From NCBI RefSeq assembly GCF_009914755.1, contig NC_060942.1: a DNA stretch of 64,000 bases; one strand, written 5' to 3'. Positions 14,720 to 28,595 of this stretch are shown here, one piece after another. The position numbers were made by a program, and so were the translations under genes. Below the pieces are notes generated by a model. It ran no database searches. It was not told where the DNA came from and saw only the letters and a list, made by a program, of their open reading frames with translations. Origin of the DNA: the human T2T-CHM13v2.0 reference genome, Homo sapiens. Within the stretch, counting starts at the first letter, position 1. Every line of letters starts with the position of its first letter.

Positions 14720-15030
14720 AGCTATGCCATCCTATAAGGCTTGCCAAGTGGGGCTGGCCCAAACTGGGATGGGCTGGGAAGGTAAAATGCACATGGGGCA
14801 CTGAAGATTTTGTGTAAAAAAAAAAAAAAAAAAAAAAGAACAAAAAAAAACTTAGTAGTAATTCTTGTCATCTACACGTTTAACATTTTGGATTTTGGAT
14901 ATACTGGATTAAATAAAACTATCATTAACATTAATTTTACGTGTTTCCTTTTACCTCTCGATGTGATCACTAGAAAACGTAAAGTGATAGACATAGCGTG
15001 CATGGTACTTCTCTTGGGCAAAACTGCCCT
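14720..15030 (-). mobile_element. MER33-like hAT MITE
   Basis: TTTTGGATATACTGGATTAAATAAAA...ACTAGAAAA matches the reverse of the recalled MER33 consensus. Confidence 0.65.
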
Positions 15031-15036
15031 TGAATG

Positions 15037-15691
<655 letters not shown>

Positions 15692-16219
15692 CCCTGGAGT
15701 TTTGCAAATACAGACCCAGGTTTCTGAGCTGAGGAGGGTGTGGCTCAAGCCCCCTCTGGGCTTCATGGGAACTGCACAGGAGCTGACCTAGGATCCAAGG
15801 CCACTGAGCCTGGTCAGAGGCAGGACGGGACCAAGTCCCACCAGCTCACTGGGATGGCTACAGCTGACCCAGAAATTTTTTTGGCATCAAATTCTCTTCA
15901 GATCACTCTCTTAAGTTTCTCATTTGTGATGGATGACTCAAAATTGTTGCTTATTTTCAGAACAGAGCAGGCCCATAGACAGGCTGGGGACCCCAAAGAG
16001 GCAGACAGCCTGTCCCAACCCCCTCTTGGATGATGCTTCAGAAACCCCAGCCATCTAGAAAGAGGAAGGGTGGAGGGACACTGGTCTCCCATAGTGTCAT
16101 CTCTAAAGCTACATAATCCCAAATGGCTCGGACCAAAATGAAATGAACTCCACACAGGGTAACAAGCATGACCAGGGTCGGACACTCAAGGGAATGGCCC
16201 AAAAGGTGAGCTGCTTAAT

Positions 16220-16400
16220 AACCTGGCTGTGGGACTTTGATGAAGTTACTCACCTGTGCAGGCCTCAGTGTCCTCTCGGGTAAAAGGGGATGGGAATTAC
16301 TGCCTGTTTCCTAAGACCTGTGCATATTAAATAACACATATAAAGAACTCGGAATAATGCTCTGTTCATAGTAGGCACTTGATCAATGTTTGTTGAAAGA
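16220..16400 (+). mobile_element. MIR
   Basis: GCCTCAGTGTCCTCTCGGGTAAAAGGGGAT...CATAGTAGGCACTTGATCAATG. Confidence 0.7.
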
Positions 16401-17184
16401 AAATGAGTACTGGTGGGCTATTTATTTAGGGAACTAGTTATTGAGGCATTTGCCCAATCTGATTCAAGTTCGTAAGTCATTAGTAATGAAAATAAAATTT
16501 CTATTAATTTAATGGGAAACAGTAATGTTGATAACTTACATCTTACTGTCATAGTAATTCAAAAAGTAGCTCTCAATACCTTTTATTTTGTTTTTATGCC
16601 CTTGGCTTTTTGTATCAAAGTAGCTACAAGGAACTACTTTCCAAAAGCTACAATAGCTTTTGCCTTAAGAATGTTATTGAAGGCACTGTCTATGTAAGAA
16701 TATACAGCCTGTATTAAAACAACCAGTATTAAAGTCAACGTTTAGAAGTTGACTTTAGCGCTAATGCTAAAAGAAGCTTTTCCTTCATGGGAGAACTGAT
16801 GCCTTTTTTTCCTGAGAGTCAGTGCAACACATCAACGGCCATGTTTTGCTTTTTGTTTTAGGTGCCAGAAAGCTCACATCCTAAGTTTTGGTTCACATCT
16901 ACCAATGGGAGGGAATCCTAAGACGTACATATGTGATCCAGCTTTTCCCTTCATCGCGACCTATTATTCCATTGCCCGTTCTTTATTTTTGTTTGTATTT
17001 TACTGTAGATGGTCCCCAACTTAGGAAAGTTTGACTTACACTTTTTCAACTTTACCAGGTGAGGAAGCCACAGGCAGTCAGCAGAAAGCAGTGAGCTGCT
17101 CCCTCCACAGGCCCGGCAGCGGCAGCCCCGCGATCTCCAGGGTGGACATCGGTACTTCATGGCAACCTGCACTGCCAGGTGCTC

Positions 17185-17357
17185 CTGCCCAACTGTCGGC
17201 TAACATTTACCCATTCCAAGCGCACTTAAGGTAGGTGAGGCTATGTTACCATGTTCAGTAGACTGAAGGGTATTAAACGCATTTCCGACTTAAAAGTATC
17301 TTCAACTTAGGATGGGTTTCTGGGAAGGCAGCCCTGTCGTAAATTAGAGAGTATCTG
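17185..17357 (-). mobile_element. MER47/Tigger5-like DNA transposon fragment
   Basis: TTAAGGTAGG...GTATTAAACGCATTTCCGACTTA...TCAACTTAGGATGGGTTT...GTATCTG. Confidence 0.7.
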
Positions 17358-18122
17358 TCTGTATCAAACGTGTGACCTTACGTGCACACTTCATTCTCTC
17401 ATGCAATGAAATAGGCAGAAACAAGCAAACTATTATTACCAACATACAAATAGTGAGATTTCAATGACCAGATACTCAAACGAGCCTGCAAAAATCCTCA
17501 CACCACGGCCTACAGGATGAAGTCCATAAATGACTACACTGATTAAATAAGTCTTTGCATTTCTTCATTTATATTGGTCCTATTTTGAGAAATGTCTAGA
17601 AAGGTAGCAAAATCACCTAGTATATAGGTTCGGGTAAATAATGAAGAGTACTCAGTACTATCTTCTTAAGAAAAGAAAAAAAATTCTGAATTTACTAATT
17701 TTTTTCCTCTTAAGAAAAGAAATCTAGGGTGTTGGCTACGTTTGCTCATGTTGAGAATGCAAAAGGCCACTGTTTCTTAAGCGGCTCTTGCACAACAAAG
17801 AAAAACTACCTGCTCCCTGGCCCAGCTGCCTGCTTTGCTGGAGAAGGCAGGCGGGGTGGAGACTCCTCCAGGAGGTGTTTAATAATCTGCAAAGGTCCAG
17901 ACAGCAACCCGGGGCAGACACGGCTCAAGCCAGCCAACCTGACCATTGGAAAGAAAGGAGGAGAATGCACACTTTCCTGGGTTCAGCTCTCTGGGGTCCC
18001 CAACACCTCCTCTTTGTGGCCATCTTGTCCCCTGGCACCAAAGCTGAGCTCAGAGGAAAGCACCTGCCATGATCCACTCTGTCTCTGCCGCCTCCCTGCC
18101 CACTCCTGTGGGAAGCTCCCTC

Positions 18123-18184
18123 TCGGCATCTGTCCGTCATCAGCATCTGTCCGTCATCGGCATCTGTCTGTCACGGGTCATCTG
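18123..18184. repeat. 17-bp tandem repeat, ~3.5 copies
   Basis: GGCATCTGTCCGTCATC units. Confidence 0.85.
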
Positions 18185-18819
18185 CCGCACCACACTGAGA
18201 ACCCATGAGTGCCAAATGTCCCCCGTCAGCTGGCCCACCCGCATTTCATCTTCCTGGCTTAAGAAGGTGAGTCTCAGGGCCCAGCCGTCTATCAGAACTG
18301 ACCTGGTCTTCTCCGACCCCTTTCCCTATGATTTTTTGGTGGCTTTTTTCTTTTAGGATTTTCTATATCCCACGTTGGTCACTTACACTCTGTATTTACT
18401 CTCTTATAAAAATATGTTACTATTGGTGATAACCATTGGGTTTCGCAAGAAAACCTGTATCCTGGCACCCACTGCGGGGCTGGGAATCTGCGCAGATAGC
18501 TGCCTGGTCTTTGGTGACCAGATTTTCCACGTTCCTCCTTGAGCGCTGCCATGTGACAGCAGCCTCAGACAGCAACAACTGGTCCAGTGCCCAACTCGCA
18601 CGACATCCCCGTGGAAAGACGCAAACATTTACTCAACATGTTTCTTCTCTGTGGAGCAAGCTCTAAGCATCCAAGCAAAGCTGAAGGGGGGCTCTCCCTA
18701 CACTGCCCTAAACACCTGGTTATTTGCCAGGTCCACACTTGGCAGTGCTAACTCAGCATGACAACACGCTTACCAAGTTCCTTTTCAGAGTGGACTTTCA
18801 CCTCCCCTTATTCTGTGCA

Positions 18820-18950
18820 TTCAGCACAGCGTATGGAGAAAAAGGCTAAGCTGGGAATCAGGACGCCTGGATTTGAGCTCTGCACCATTCCTGTGGCCTT
18901 GGCTCAGTTACTAAATCTTTCTGCATTTCAGTACCTGTAAAATGTCAGGA
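18820..18950 (+). mobile_element. MIR fragment
   Basis: GAATCAGGACGCCTGGATTTGAG...GTGGCCTTGGCTCAGTTACT...CTGTAAAATG. Confidence 0.6.
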
Positions 18951-20583
18951 TTCACTCAAAAATCACCTCCAAGTTTCCTGCAGTTATAACACATATATGA
19001 TTGTCTATATTAACCTTCTAAAACAAGCCCAAATACAAATAATGTAAGTTTACAAAGAAACATAAACAATCACGAAAGCAAATGCTTTCCTTCACGGTCA
19101 TTACACCAAGTCAATGTAACACTCCTAACGATATAACACCGTGCTCTAAAATGGCGGCCGCCCTAACCCCGCTCGGGCCAAGAAGGTGCAGTTTCATCAC
19201 CTACCACCTTGTAGGAATCTAAATGGAGTTTTCGTGGGTCCAAAACATGTAAAATGCTTTCCAAAATGGTCTACTATTCCCCTGGACGGGATTTAAGGAT
19301 TGCCTAAAACACACACTCTCGACGGCCCCCTTAATGTTCACAGCTAAGCAAAAAACCTGGTTTGTAAATCATCTCCCACACACATATAAAATCCCAAATT
19401 CTAACTGTAATAACTTTCTTTTTAATCAATACCTATACTTTAAAATATGTAAATATTAGGAAAATCAACCTTACTTTCTAAAGTTCAAATTCTTAGCAGC
19501 CCATAATCTTTCATCAACCTAGAAAATAACTGATAAGCCAATCTTCCTGTGAAACCATTAACAGATTCTGCTTTTCTGTCACCAGGGTAATTTACCGAGG
19601 CTAATTTTAATCCTACCACTAAACCACTAATCGCATGACTCTACAGAATTGTCCCCAAGTTTACGTTGCTACGGCAAGCACTTTTACATTAGGAATTCAC
19701 TTATTTATTAACACTGTTTTATTTTTTAAGTTGGTTTTAGGAATGAGATCGTCTTGCTTGCCTCTCATTTTAAAAAGTAAAAAGCCATTTTTGAAAAAAG
19801 GAAGCTACTTGAGCACCTGGGGTTGCACTGCACTCAACACAATAACGTTAATTTAAATTATGCTTGGTGTTACTCAAAGGGACAAATTATCATCATTATG
19901 CTAATGGTCATGCTAAAGACATGAAAAGCTTTGAAATGATTAATCTAAATCTGGGGGGAATATGATTATCAATGTGAATGATGGTATTTTCTCAAACTGG
20001 CATAAAAATGTTCTGTCTGTGTCACTGATAATGTCAATATAAATGATGCATCACCAAAGGCAACGTGCACTCACACGCTCTTCGCTCACGTTCTCGAAGC
20101 AAAGCCCCAGCCCACCTTTCAGTCCACATATGCCTTGCTTTGGGGACACACGTGTGGATGAGTAGAAATTTGTTTACTTCCTTCGTAAAACAGAGAAAAC
20201 AGGATGATTAAAGCCAACAAGACTGAGACAACGAGAGAGAGGTGTCTGGAGACACATTTGCTTTGGTGTCGACTCGACAGCCATACAGAATGTTAAAAAT
20301 GGAGGTGGAATCTTCTGTGGGGTTCCATACTAATAAATTCCTGCAACATGGCATAAGAGCCACCCTGTGAATTCAACACAGGTCTACCCAAAAACCCAAA
20401 CCAGCATGTGTAAACAAAACACAGCCTAAGTGAAAACATCTCAGTTCTGCCTGTAGATAATTCCAGGGCCGCACCACAGAAGCTCAGGGGAACTATTAAA
20501 TAGGATTGTCCATTTGTTCATTAACTCATTTCTTTAAAAAAAAAAAAAAAAGATGGGGACAAAAGCTGAGTCTTTTTGACAAA

Positions 20584-20615
<32 letters not shown>
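20584..20615. repeat. (AAT)n microsatellite
   Basis: About 10 AAT units. Confidence 0.95.
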
Positions 20616-20616
<1 letters not shown>

Positions 20617-23209
20617 CATACTTTTTTGCTCTAGGTTAAAATCACCAGAATAATCAGGAACTAAACAGTGAATCTTCTCTTTCTGACCTGCCCAACTCTT
20701 AGCCTTATTTGTGACCCCCAGAAGTCTTAACTACTTATATTCAAGTCTGTGTTTTCCTGAATTAACAGTCACTCAGCATTGAATGGCAAACTATTTCTCA
20801 CAAAAATTGTATCGGTGGAAAAAAAGTGAAACTTGTTCACTACACCCTTAAGTATCAACTGAGAAAGAATCTGCTAAAGCCACAAACGACCATTCTGTAC
20901 AACTTTCAATGCATCATTTACTGTACTAAATTTCAAAGAACATTCTCGAATGCTAAAATAAATCAATGCCCAAACACAGTGTCTTGTCAGCTCATGCAAT
21001 ATAGGTTAAATAGTACCATATGGCAAAGACAGACACATGTTGCCCTTTTCTGAAACAAAGAAAAAAATTCCTAAACAAATGTCCTTTACTTTCACATGGG
21101 AAGAGTGGGGGATTAGAGAGTTCTTCAAGTGTTAATAGCGCTGAAAAATTTTTAATTCTTAGCCATTAACAAGAAATTATAGTTTTAATAGAGAACCTTG
21201 ATTTTTTAAGCCTGTCTTTAACTGTGTCCTGAAAACTAACACCACATCTTCCTCTACGCACACCATCTCCTAAAAAAGCAAGAAAATAACAGGACAGCTG
21301 TATCCTGGAGGCTGAGCCGGCACCAGCAACTCCCCAGGGCGGTGAGAGACGTTGTCTACCTGGTTTTGAAGGAAAAAAAAAAAAACACCAGATTCCCTCT
21401 GCCTTGAAGATAACAAAACACACTAAGATTTCATCCCATTTTCACCACTCAGTTGAGGAACTGTCTGGATTTCACAATTACATACGATATACATCTCTTC
21501 TCGGCCCAGTAAATTCTGAGATTCTATAGACTTTACTTACTTCCTGACCAAGGTTCGGGGGGAAGGTACAGAAACAGGAATACGAAGTAAATCTACCAGA
21601 ATTAACACAGAGTTAAAATACAGTATATGGTAAGATGTATCTAAACCTACTATAGTTGTCTTTTAAATAATTTTTCCTACTCTCCTGCTTGTGTTTTAGT
21701 CATCACTTAACATATATTTACATGTTTGCTTTCTAAAAATAGTTGCATTTCTAATTACTCCTGCTTTGTAATTTTCAGTACCATTTGAATTAAAGATTAA
21801 ATGCCAGATCTTTTTTGGAAATGACTTTTAAGGCATGTTGAGAGCCACAAATTACACTGCTTTACAATTCGAATGTATACCATCGGAAAACATCTCAGGC
21901 TAGACATAAATACGATGATGGCTCTAGCTTTGGAAAGAGAAGCTTCAGCTGTTCAAGTCACGTGTGGCCAGATGCAGAGCATAAGGAATGCAAAACAGAC
22001 AGTTGCAACTGCTGGTTTTTACCAGTCCATCTAAAATACACTTCGTACACTGTAGTGGATGCTAGAAATTTCAAATACAAATGATGCATTTATAGCCCCT
22101 ATAAATATATCCTTCCTTATAGCTATTTAAGTCATTCCCCTAAAATATTCTTCAGTTAGAAAAATTAATTTTAAAATAAAGATACTTTTTAAAGAACAGG
22201 AGACATTCTAAAGTCATAGTAAAAGTTGTTCTTTCTTCCTCCTCCTCCCATAAGGTTAATTTTATTAATTATTCATAAATGTAAACATTTGACATGATTC
22301 TTTTCTTACAATAGGTTTGTGCCTTTTCAAAATTCCTGAAAATCGAACGATTCTGATAGTTCTCATCCAATGGTGGGTGGGAGGGTGGTCTTAACTGAGG
22401 GCAGAGGTCATTCCTCTATCAAAGAGAATGTCCTGCCCCACTCCCAAACTCACTGGGGTTCCTGGGACCAGAGAAAACTGAGGCCAGAGCTTGAATTTGA
22501 AAAATGCTGTCTCCTCTATGGCCCCTAGATACATTCCCGTAATAGGCTGCTGCCACTACACTTTCGGCCAGTCAGGTGGAAGGACTGAGGATGAGAGCCC
22601 CCAGGAGGGGAGGGAGAAGAAGGGAACAGCTACACTGTCAGCTCATGCCACCAGTTAGCGACCAGCCCAAGGGGAACCTAACCAAACAGTCGAACAACCA
22701 AATAATCACTGCTGCACAAACAGAGGCTTGTCCACAGCCCCCACCTCCATCTGCCTCCGAGAACCTCCACATCCCTCGGTGCCTCTCATACACGGGGAGA
22801 TGTATTCCAACCATCACCCACTCAGACCCCACAACGGATGCACAGCCTGACACTACAATTCACTTGAAAAATGCAACTCTAAATGAGATGCAGCTCCCAA
22901 CAACAGAGTAGGGGCCGCTTCCAAGGCCCTGTGAGCTAAATACAGTAATAAAATTAGTCCTTCACGTTTAGCCATTAACAATGCTGGAAGTGAAGCTCCA
23001 AGGTGCCAATTCGCAGGCAGCCAGGAAAGGCCTTTTTGCGGGATGCTAGTTAGGCAATAAATGCAAATTCAGGGAAGCAAGGATGTGCAAAGGAAGTCAG
23101 AGCGGCACACGTCCAGCTCCCCGAGCAGTGAACAAACCCACGGGTATTCCTTGGACTACGTTCAGTAGATAGACAACTGAACTTTTCCCACAGCTTCTAG
23201 AACTTTTGA

Positions 23210-23236
23210 GGGGGAGGGGGAGGGGGAGGGGGAGGG
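23210..23236 (+). repeat. (GGGGGA)n G-quadruplex motif
   Basis: G5-A-G5-A-G5-A-G5-A-G3. Confidence 0.85.
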
Positions 23237-26200
23237 ACAGCAAAGAGATGCATTTTTGAAAGAACTAATTGAGTGTGTCAGAATAGCTTTATCCAAGCAC
23301 TAAAATGTATAAACATTAACAGCATGAAAGATGTCTGCTTTTGAAGAAGAAATATGACTTCCAAGTTCAAACATTTATAATGCAGATACCTAATCAAATA
23401 AATTTAACTTTCTTCCATTACAGTTCTATTACTAATAATTAAATCCATGTCTATCACTGAGAAAGTTACACATCTCCAGTTAAATTTGGCCAGCTGAAAA
23501 CCAAAGAGAAAGCTGATATGTGTTTCCTGCACATTTAATAGCAATGCCTTCTTCAGTTGGAAATCTAGTAATAAGCGAAATACCACTTTTAATTAGGTAA
23601 TTAACAGAAGTCCTTTTCCCCTAAATCAAAATAGAGTAAAAAACAAAATAATGCATGTCTTCAACATTTAAACAAGCATATTATACAGGAAAGTGCACAC
23701 GTTTGGACAAGCTCCCTGCTGCAGAACGCAGTGAGCTTATATTTCAGTCTCTATCTCTACAGCATTAAGGTATAATGCAGCTGAAACTCTAAACACAGTC
23801 TCCAGTCAGACTTACAACCACTCCCACCAAATTCTTTTTAAAAGATTCCTTCTCTTAAATTATAAATAAGACCAATACGTATTCTGGAAAATGAACAAAT
23901 AAAAATCCACAACGACCCAATACACTGAGTACTGGTTTTTCAAGAATAATCCATGACTAAACTCTACGTAAATTGCTAGGTCACATTATCATTTTTCCCC
24001 ATTTGGTAAGACTGAAAACCATCTGTTGGAGTATACCTCATTTCAAAGTATTCTTTACAGAAGTCTCCTTTCCTTTTTCACATACGTTGCTAAACTTAAT
24101 CACATCAAATGCTTCACTTATAAAACTCAAATATCTCCTTGCAGGGGGAAGTTAGGTAAATGGAATTAAAAGTTTCATTTATGAAAGTGGAGACAAAGTG
24201 CTTTTCACATTGTGACCTGTTTTCAAAGACCTCTCTCATTCCCTTCAGTCAATTTTGGTCTCTGGGACAACATCTTACAAAAAAAAAAAAAAAAAAAAAG
24301 TTAGAAATGTAGGACTTCAGGGTTCCAGGAAAAATAAAATCTCTAAATTAGTAGACTCTGAAGGTTGTTTACAGATAACAATGGGAAAACATTGGTGAGG
24401 TAAACTATTCTCAGGGTGTCAACAATTCATAGCAGACACATTTCTCAAAGTTAAAGTTCTTGATCTAGTGTATTTCAGGATATTAAGCCATCTGGAAAGA
24501 TTATTCTAATAAACAAAAGCTTTCAGAAATAAAAATAGGCATAACTCCCATCTCTCTGCATTGTTGAAAGCTGTACCTACTAAACCTGCTATTTTGGTGT
24601 TGTGTTTCATTCTAGCGAGGCATCCCCATTCCTCTTGGTTAGTTTTATTACAGATCCACCGGGATTATTATTTTTTTAGAAGGTTAATGCGCTCTGGTGT
24701 TTCAGTATATTCAAATTAGCAAATGTTAAGAAAACAAAGCCCTACTAATGAATTAAGAAAAACATTAGACATGCTTGTGCCTTAACACACCAAAATTCAA
24801 ATTCAATTACCAAAATATTTGTGAGTCTTACACAGAATTCAGTTCATCCCAGAGCCCATTCAAGATGGCCATGGGGGTCACTCCTGTGAAATTAAAGACG
24901 TCCTCCTACAAGTAACCCAACTCTCAAACCCCTGACACCACGGCAGGCTCCTACGCAACTTCACTCTCCAATTTTACTAAGGGGGGGCGAGGGGTTCTCA
25001 GACCCATGCACAATAGTGGTATGTGGCATATTTAATTCTGGCTGGTCTGTGTAAATATAAATAACAGTTACCTGACGACATAATCAAAGAATGCAAGTGA
25101 AAATGAAGCTGGAACAAATGATAAAATGAGCTCTTTTTATTTTACACGGCAGTAGCCAGTATCCTATCAAATAACATGCATGCCTAGCTCTTTTAAGTAA
25201 CACATCCCTAAACCAAAATACTTCAATCATATTAATAAGGTGGTTTTTAAAATAAGCTGGAAAAGCTCCTTTTGGGAGGCTAGCCACCGTTGCATCTACT
25301 CGGGTCATTTTCTTTAATAGTATTTACTCCATAGCCCCATGGTGAACGTACATCACTCAGCTTTTAAATTACCTTCAATCAAGATTCGAAACTGCATGGC
25401 AGGCTGACGGGGGCAATGCCTTTCTGCTGTATGTGTAAGTAGGATCCCCACTAAAGTTCCTTTTGTGACTTGCTGGTTAAGTCACACGACGAGCGGACCG
25501 GAGGGTCCGAGGGCTCCGTCCTTTGTTACGCAGGGGACACCCCTGGAAGGCCAGCCCAACGCCCACGGGCACATCTGGGCTTTTCCAGGCAGTCCACAGA
25601 GCCATCCCCGGCCTCTTTACCGCGGAGACACTGTGAGGTCACACACGCAGAACACAAAACCCCCACGCAGCAGCCCCTCGCGAGGCGCCCCAAGCCCGGG
25701 TGCCCACCGCCAACTCCCACCCCAAATCCGCTCGCGGGCGCAGGACCGGTTCAGGTGTGAACACTTATGTAATCGTCCTCGGGGCCACGCCTTTCCCACC
25801 GCCCCACCTCCGCCAGAACAAAGTGAAGTTTAAAATAGAAACCAATTACCTGGGCTCCGCCGCGCCTCGGCCCCCGGAGCCCGGTCCACGCCGCCGCGCG
25901 GACCCCCGCCTGCCCCGGCCCGGAGCCCCGCGCAGACCCCAGTTCCGGACCGGACCCGCCCCCCTCCCCGGCCCCGGCCCTCCACAGCCCCATCCGCTCG
26001 CTCCCCCCAACCCCGCGGCCTGCCCTTCCCCCCGCAGCCCCCTCTCTCCTCCTCCGGGCCTCGCTCCCGCCCCCGCCGGCTCCCCCCGCCCGCCCCGCCC
26101 GCCCCCGCCCCCCGGCCCGCACAGACCCCCGCCTTTGTTATGGTGCGAAGTTGGGCTGTGGGTCCGTCTCTTTCACTTCTTGGGTTACAGTGCAGGCGTG

Positions 26201-26329
26201 TGACGTCCGCTCCACATGACGGGGGCGGGGGGCGGGGGGCGGGCGCCGGGGGGCGGGGGCGGCGGGCCAGGCCCTCCCCGTGCTTCTCCGCCCCTTCCCG
26301 CCCCGCCCACGGCCCGCCTCCTGGCAGCC

Positions 26330-28595
26330 CAGCAACAAGCGGCCACCGCCCCCACCCCGGGGCGGGCAGGTGAGTCCCCCCCCGACCCGCCCCCAGCCCA
26401 GAGGGCCGCCCTGCGCTCTCGCCCCCGGCCCCTGGCCGCGCGTGCCCCAGGTCCCCCAGTAGCGCCCCAGCGCCGCTGCTGCTCAGACACACCGAAATAG
26501 GAATGATTTAATCCAACGACACCTCCCAGGGCTGCCCAGTCCCGGTTCCGCCGGCTCCTGAGATTGGGGAGGGGCAGAATTGGGTGGAACTCGGGCTGGG
26601 GGGCGGAAATGGCCCGAGTGGGAGGGAAGGCGCGGAGTCGGACGCTACCTTGTAACCGAGTTAGATTTCTGCAGAAGAGGAGGACGAAGGTCGCCCACGG
26701 ACCCTCGGGTGACCTCGGTGCGGCCTGGTGGCCGGGCACACCCGCGCATGGACGAGGTCCCTCCCAGGGGTCTCCCTGCAGGGGTCTCCGGGGAGGTAGT
26801 GGGCACGTGGGTCCTTAACCTCTCCATTGCATCATCCCCATCCCGGTGGGTACAGAAGCGCAGCAACCCCGCGGTGCTCCCGGAAGACACCGCGTCTCCA
26901 ACATTTACACGGAGATGCTGCTCGGCTCAGGTCGGGTCCGTACGCTTCCCGAGGTGCGTACTACGCGAGCCACACACATCACTACCGATATTCCTGAGAA
27001 AGTCGGTGCCACAGTAAGTCAGCTGCAAGCGTGGGGTGGCCGGTGACGCGCTGTGCCCGTGAATACGCCCATTGTGCCGGTCAGACGCAGCCAGGGCGCA
27101 GCGTTCAGGAGGCGGGTGGGCAGCCGAACTTTCACTGGCCACGAGCGCTTCACCTTCTAGAATTTGCCAGGGACTAGGCATCAACTCCCAGTGAGAAAAT
27201 CACATGTGAAGTTGGAAGACACATGCTGCCCTTCACTTTTCTACGGAGTTCACATCAGTTTCAGCAATCCGCGTTCTCAGTTCGCTTTGCCCGGGCGAGT
27301 GGGTTCCATCATCACCTGAACCAAAAACGCACCAGGGCGCGCGTGCCCAGGCACCAAGGCCAGAGAAACCGCACGTTTCGAGTCCCCAGTTGCTGAGAAA
27401 CAATCACAGCCCTCCTCTTTTCTCCCCCTTCTGCAGGTTCCGACCTGAATCTGAAAGTGCTTCTAAACCCCATGCTTCACAGAACGTTCGGAGGGGGAGG
27501 CGCTCCGTGGGGGCTGCTGCGTGCCCATGTAGCCGAACTGACTCGAATAAAAGCGTGTCCACGTCTACATCACACATCTGTGTAAATGCAGAAGCCTGCG
27601 GATGCGCGGGGCTGGCCAGACTTCACAGTGTGCAGACACATGGGCTCATGCACGCGCACGCGCGCGCTCACACACACACCCCAAATTACCTCCGGGATGG
27701 AGAAAGCCGCTGCGGATTGGCCAGCAGAGCCGTCACTCACGCCCAGGGGGCAGGGAGACTTCGCAAAGCTGTTTCCTTTTTTTTTTTTCCTCCTCTCCTC
27801 CCTACCGTTTCATTTAATGGTAAAACAACAGCAGAGCTCTGAAAGTTAGCCATCTGCGCAGAGTTTGCCTTCTTTAAGGAGGGAGGCGTCAGACGATATC
27901 CATTTAAATATATTTTGTACTTCCACAAAGGATGGAAAGGGAAATTCACGAAGGGAGTGGAGGCGGAAAGGGAGCTCCGAGAAAGAAGGAGGGGTCATTC
28001 CGCGGGGGGCGGGGGGGGGCGGGGGCCGACGCAGGGGAAAGAGTTGCTCTCTACACCGAAAAGGGACTTTGACCTTCCATTGATCTCGAAATTCAAAAAC
28101 GTTTCTTCACAGGTCAGATTGTAACAAACACTCGTTCCTAATTTATGAACTCGCCGTTTTGATTTTATTATTTAAGCATGCGCCAGCAATCGTGTTTCCT
28201 TAAGAAAGAACTGACCTATTTTTGGCTGGAGATAAACGATCATGTTAACAGATGTTAATCTTGTAATCTGTTTTTCCTGTAAGCACTTTACCTAGCCGGG
28301 TTTCAGACCTTAAAAATAACATCTTTTCCAAAAAGACCTGACGTCACAATTCACTCCCTGAAAAATCACACTCCCCCTCCAGTTTCTTCCCCTGCAATGA
28401 TTTCAAAGACATTAAATCTTTTCCACTTTATAAATGCTGATCTGTTCTGCCTCTACTCCCACAGGCTCTTATTTGCATTTCAAATTCCACAGGTTACACC
28501 AGTCGCCTTTTCAAAAAATGTAAACCAACAATGCAGCAGCAAATGGCTTTTTGTGCATCTGGATTAAATAAAGCACAGAATGAATATATTTAAAA
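26330..28595 (+). ncRNA. ZNF516-AS1: Spliced antisense lncRNA inside the island (ZNF516-AS1-like)
   Basis: Plus-strand donors CAG|GTGAGT (26370) and ACA|GTAAGT (27014); acceptors ending 27436, 28464 and 28492; AATAAA at 27546 and ATTAAA/AATAAA at 28563-28572. Name from recall of the locus. Confidence 0.55.
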
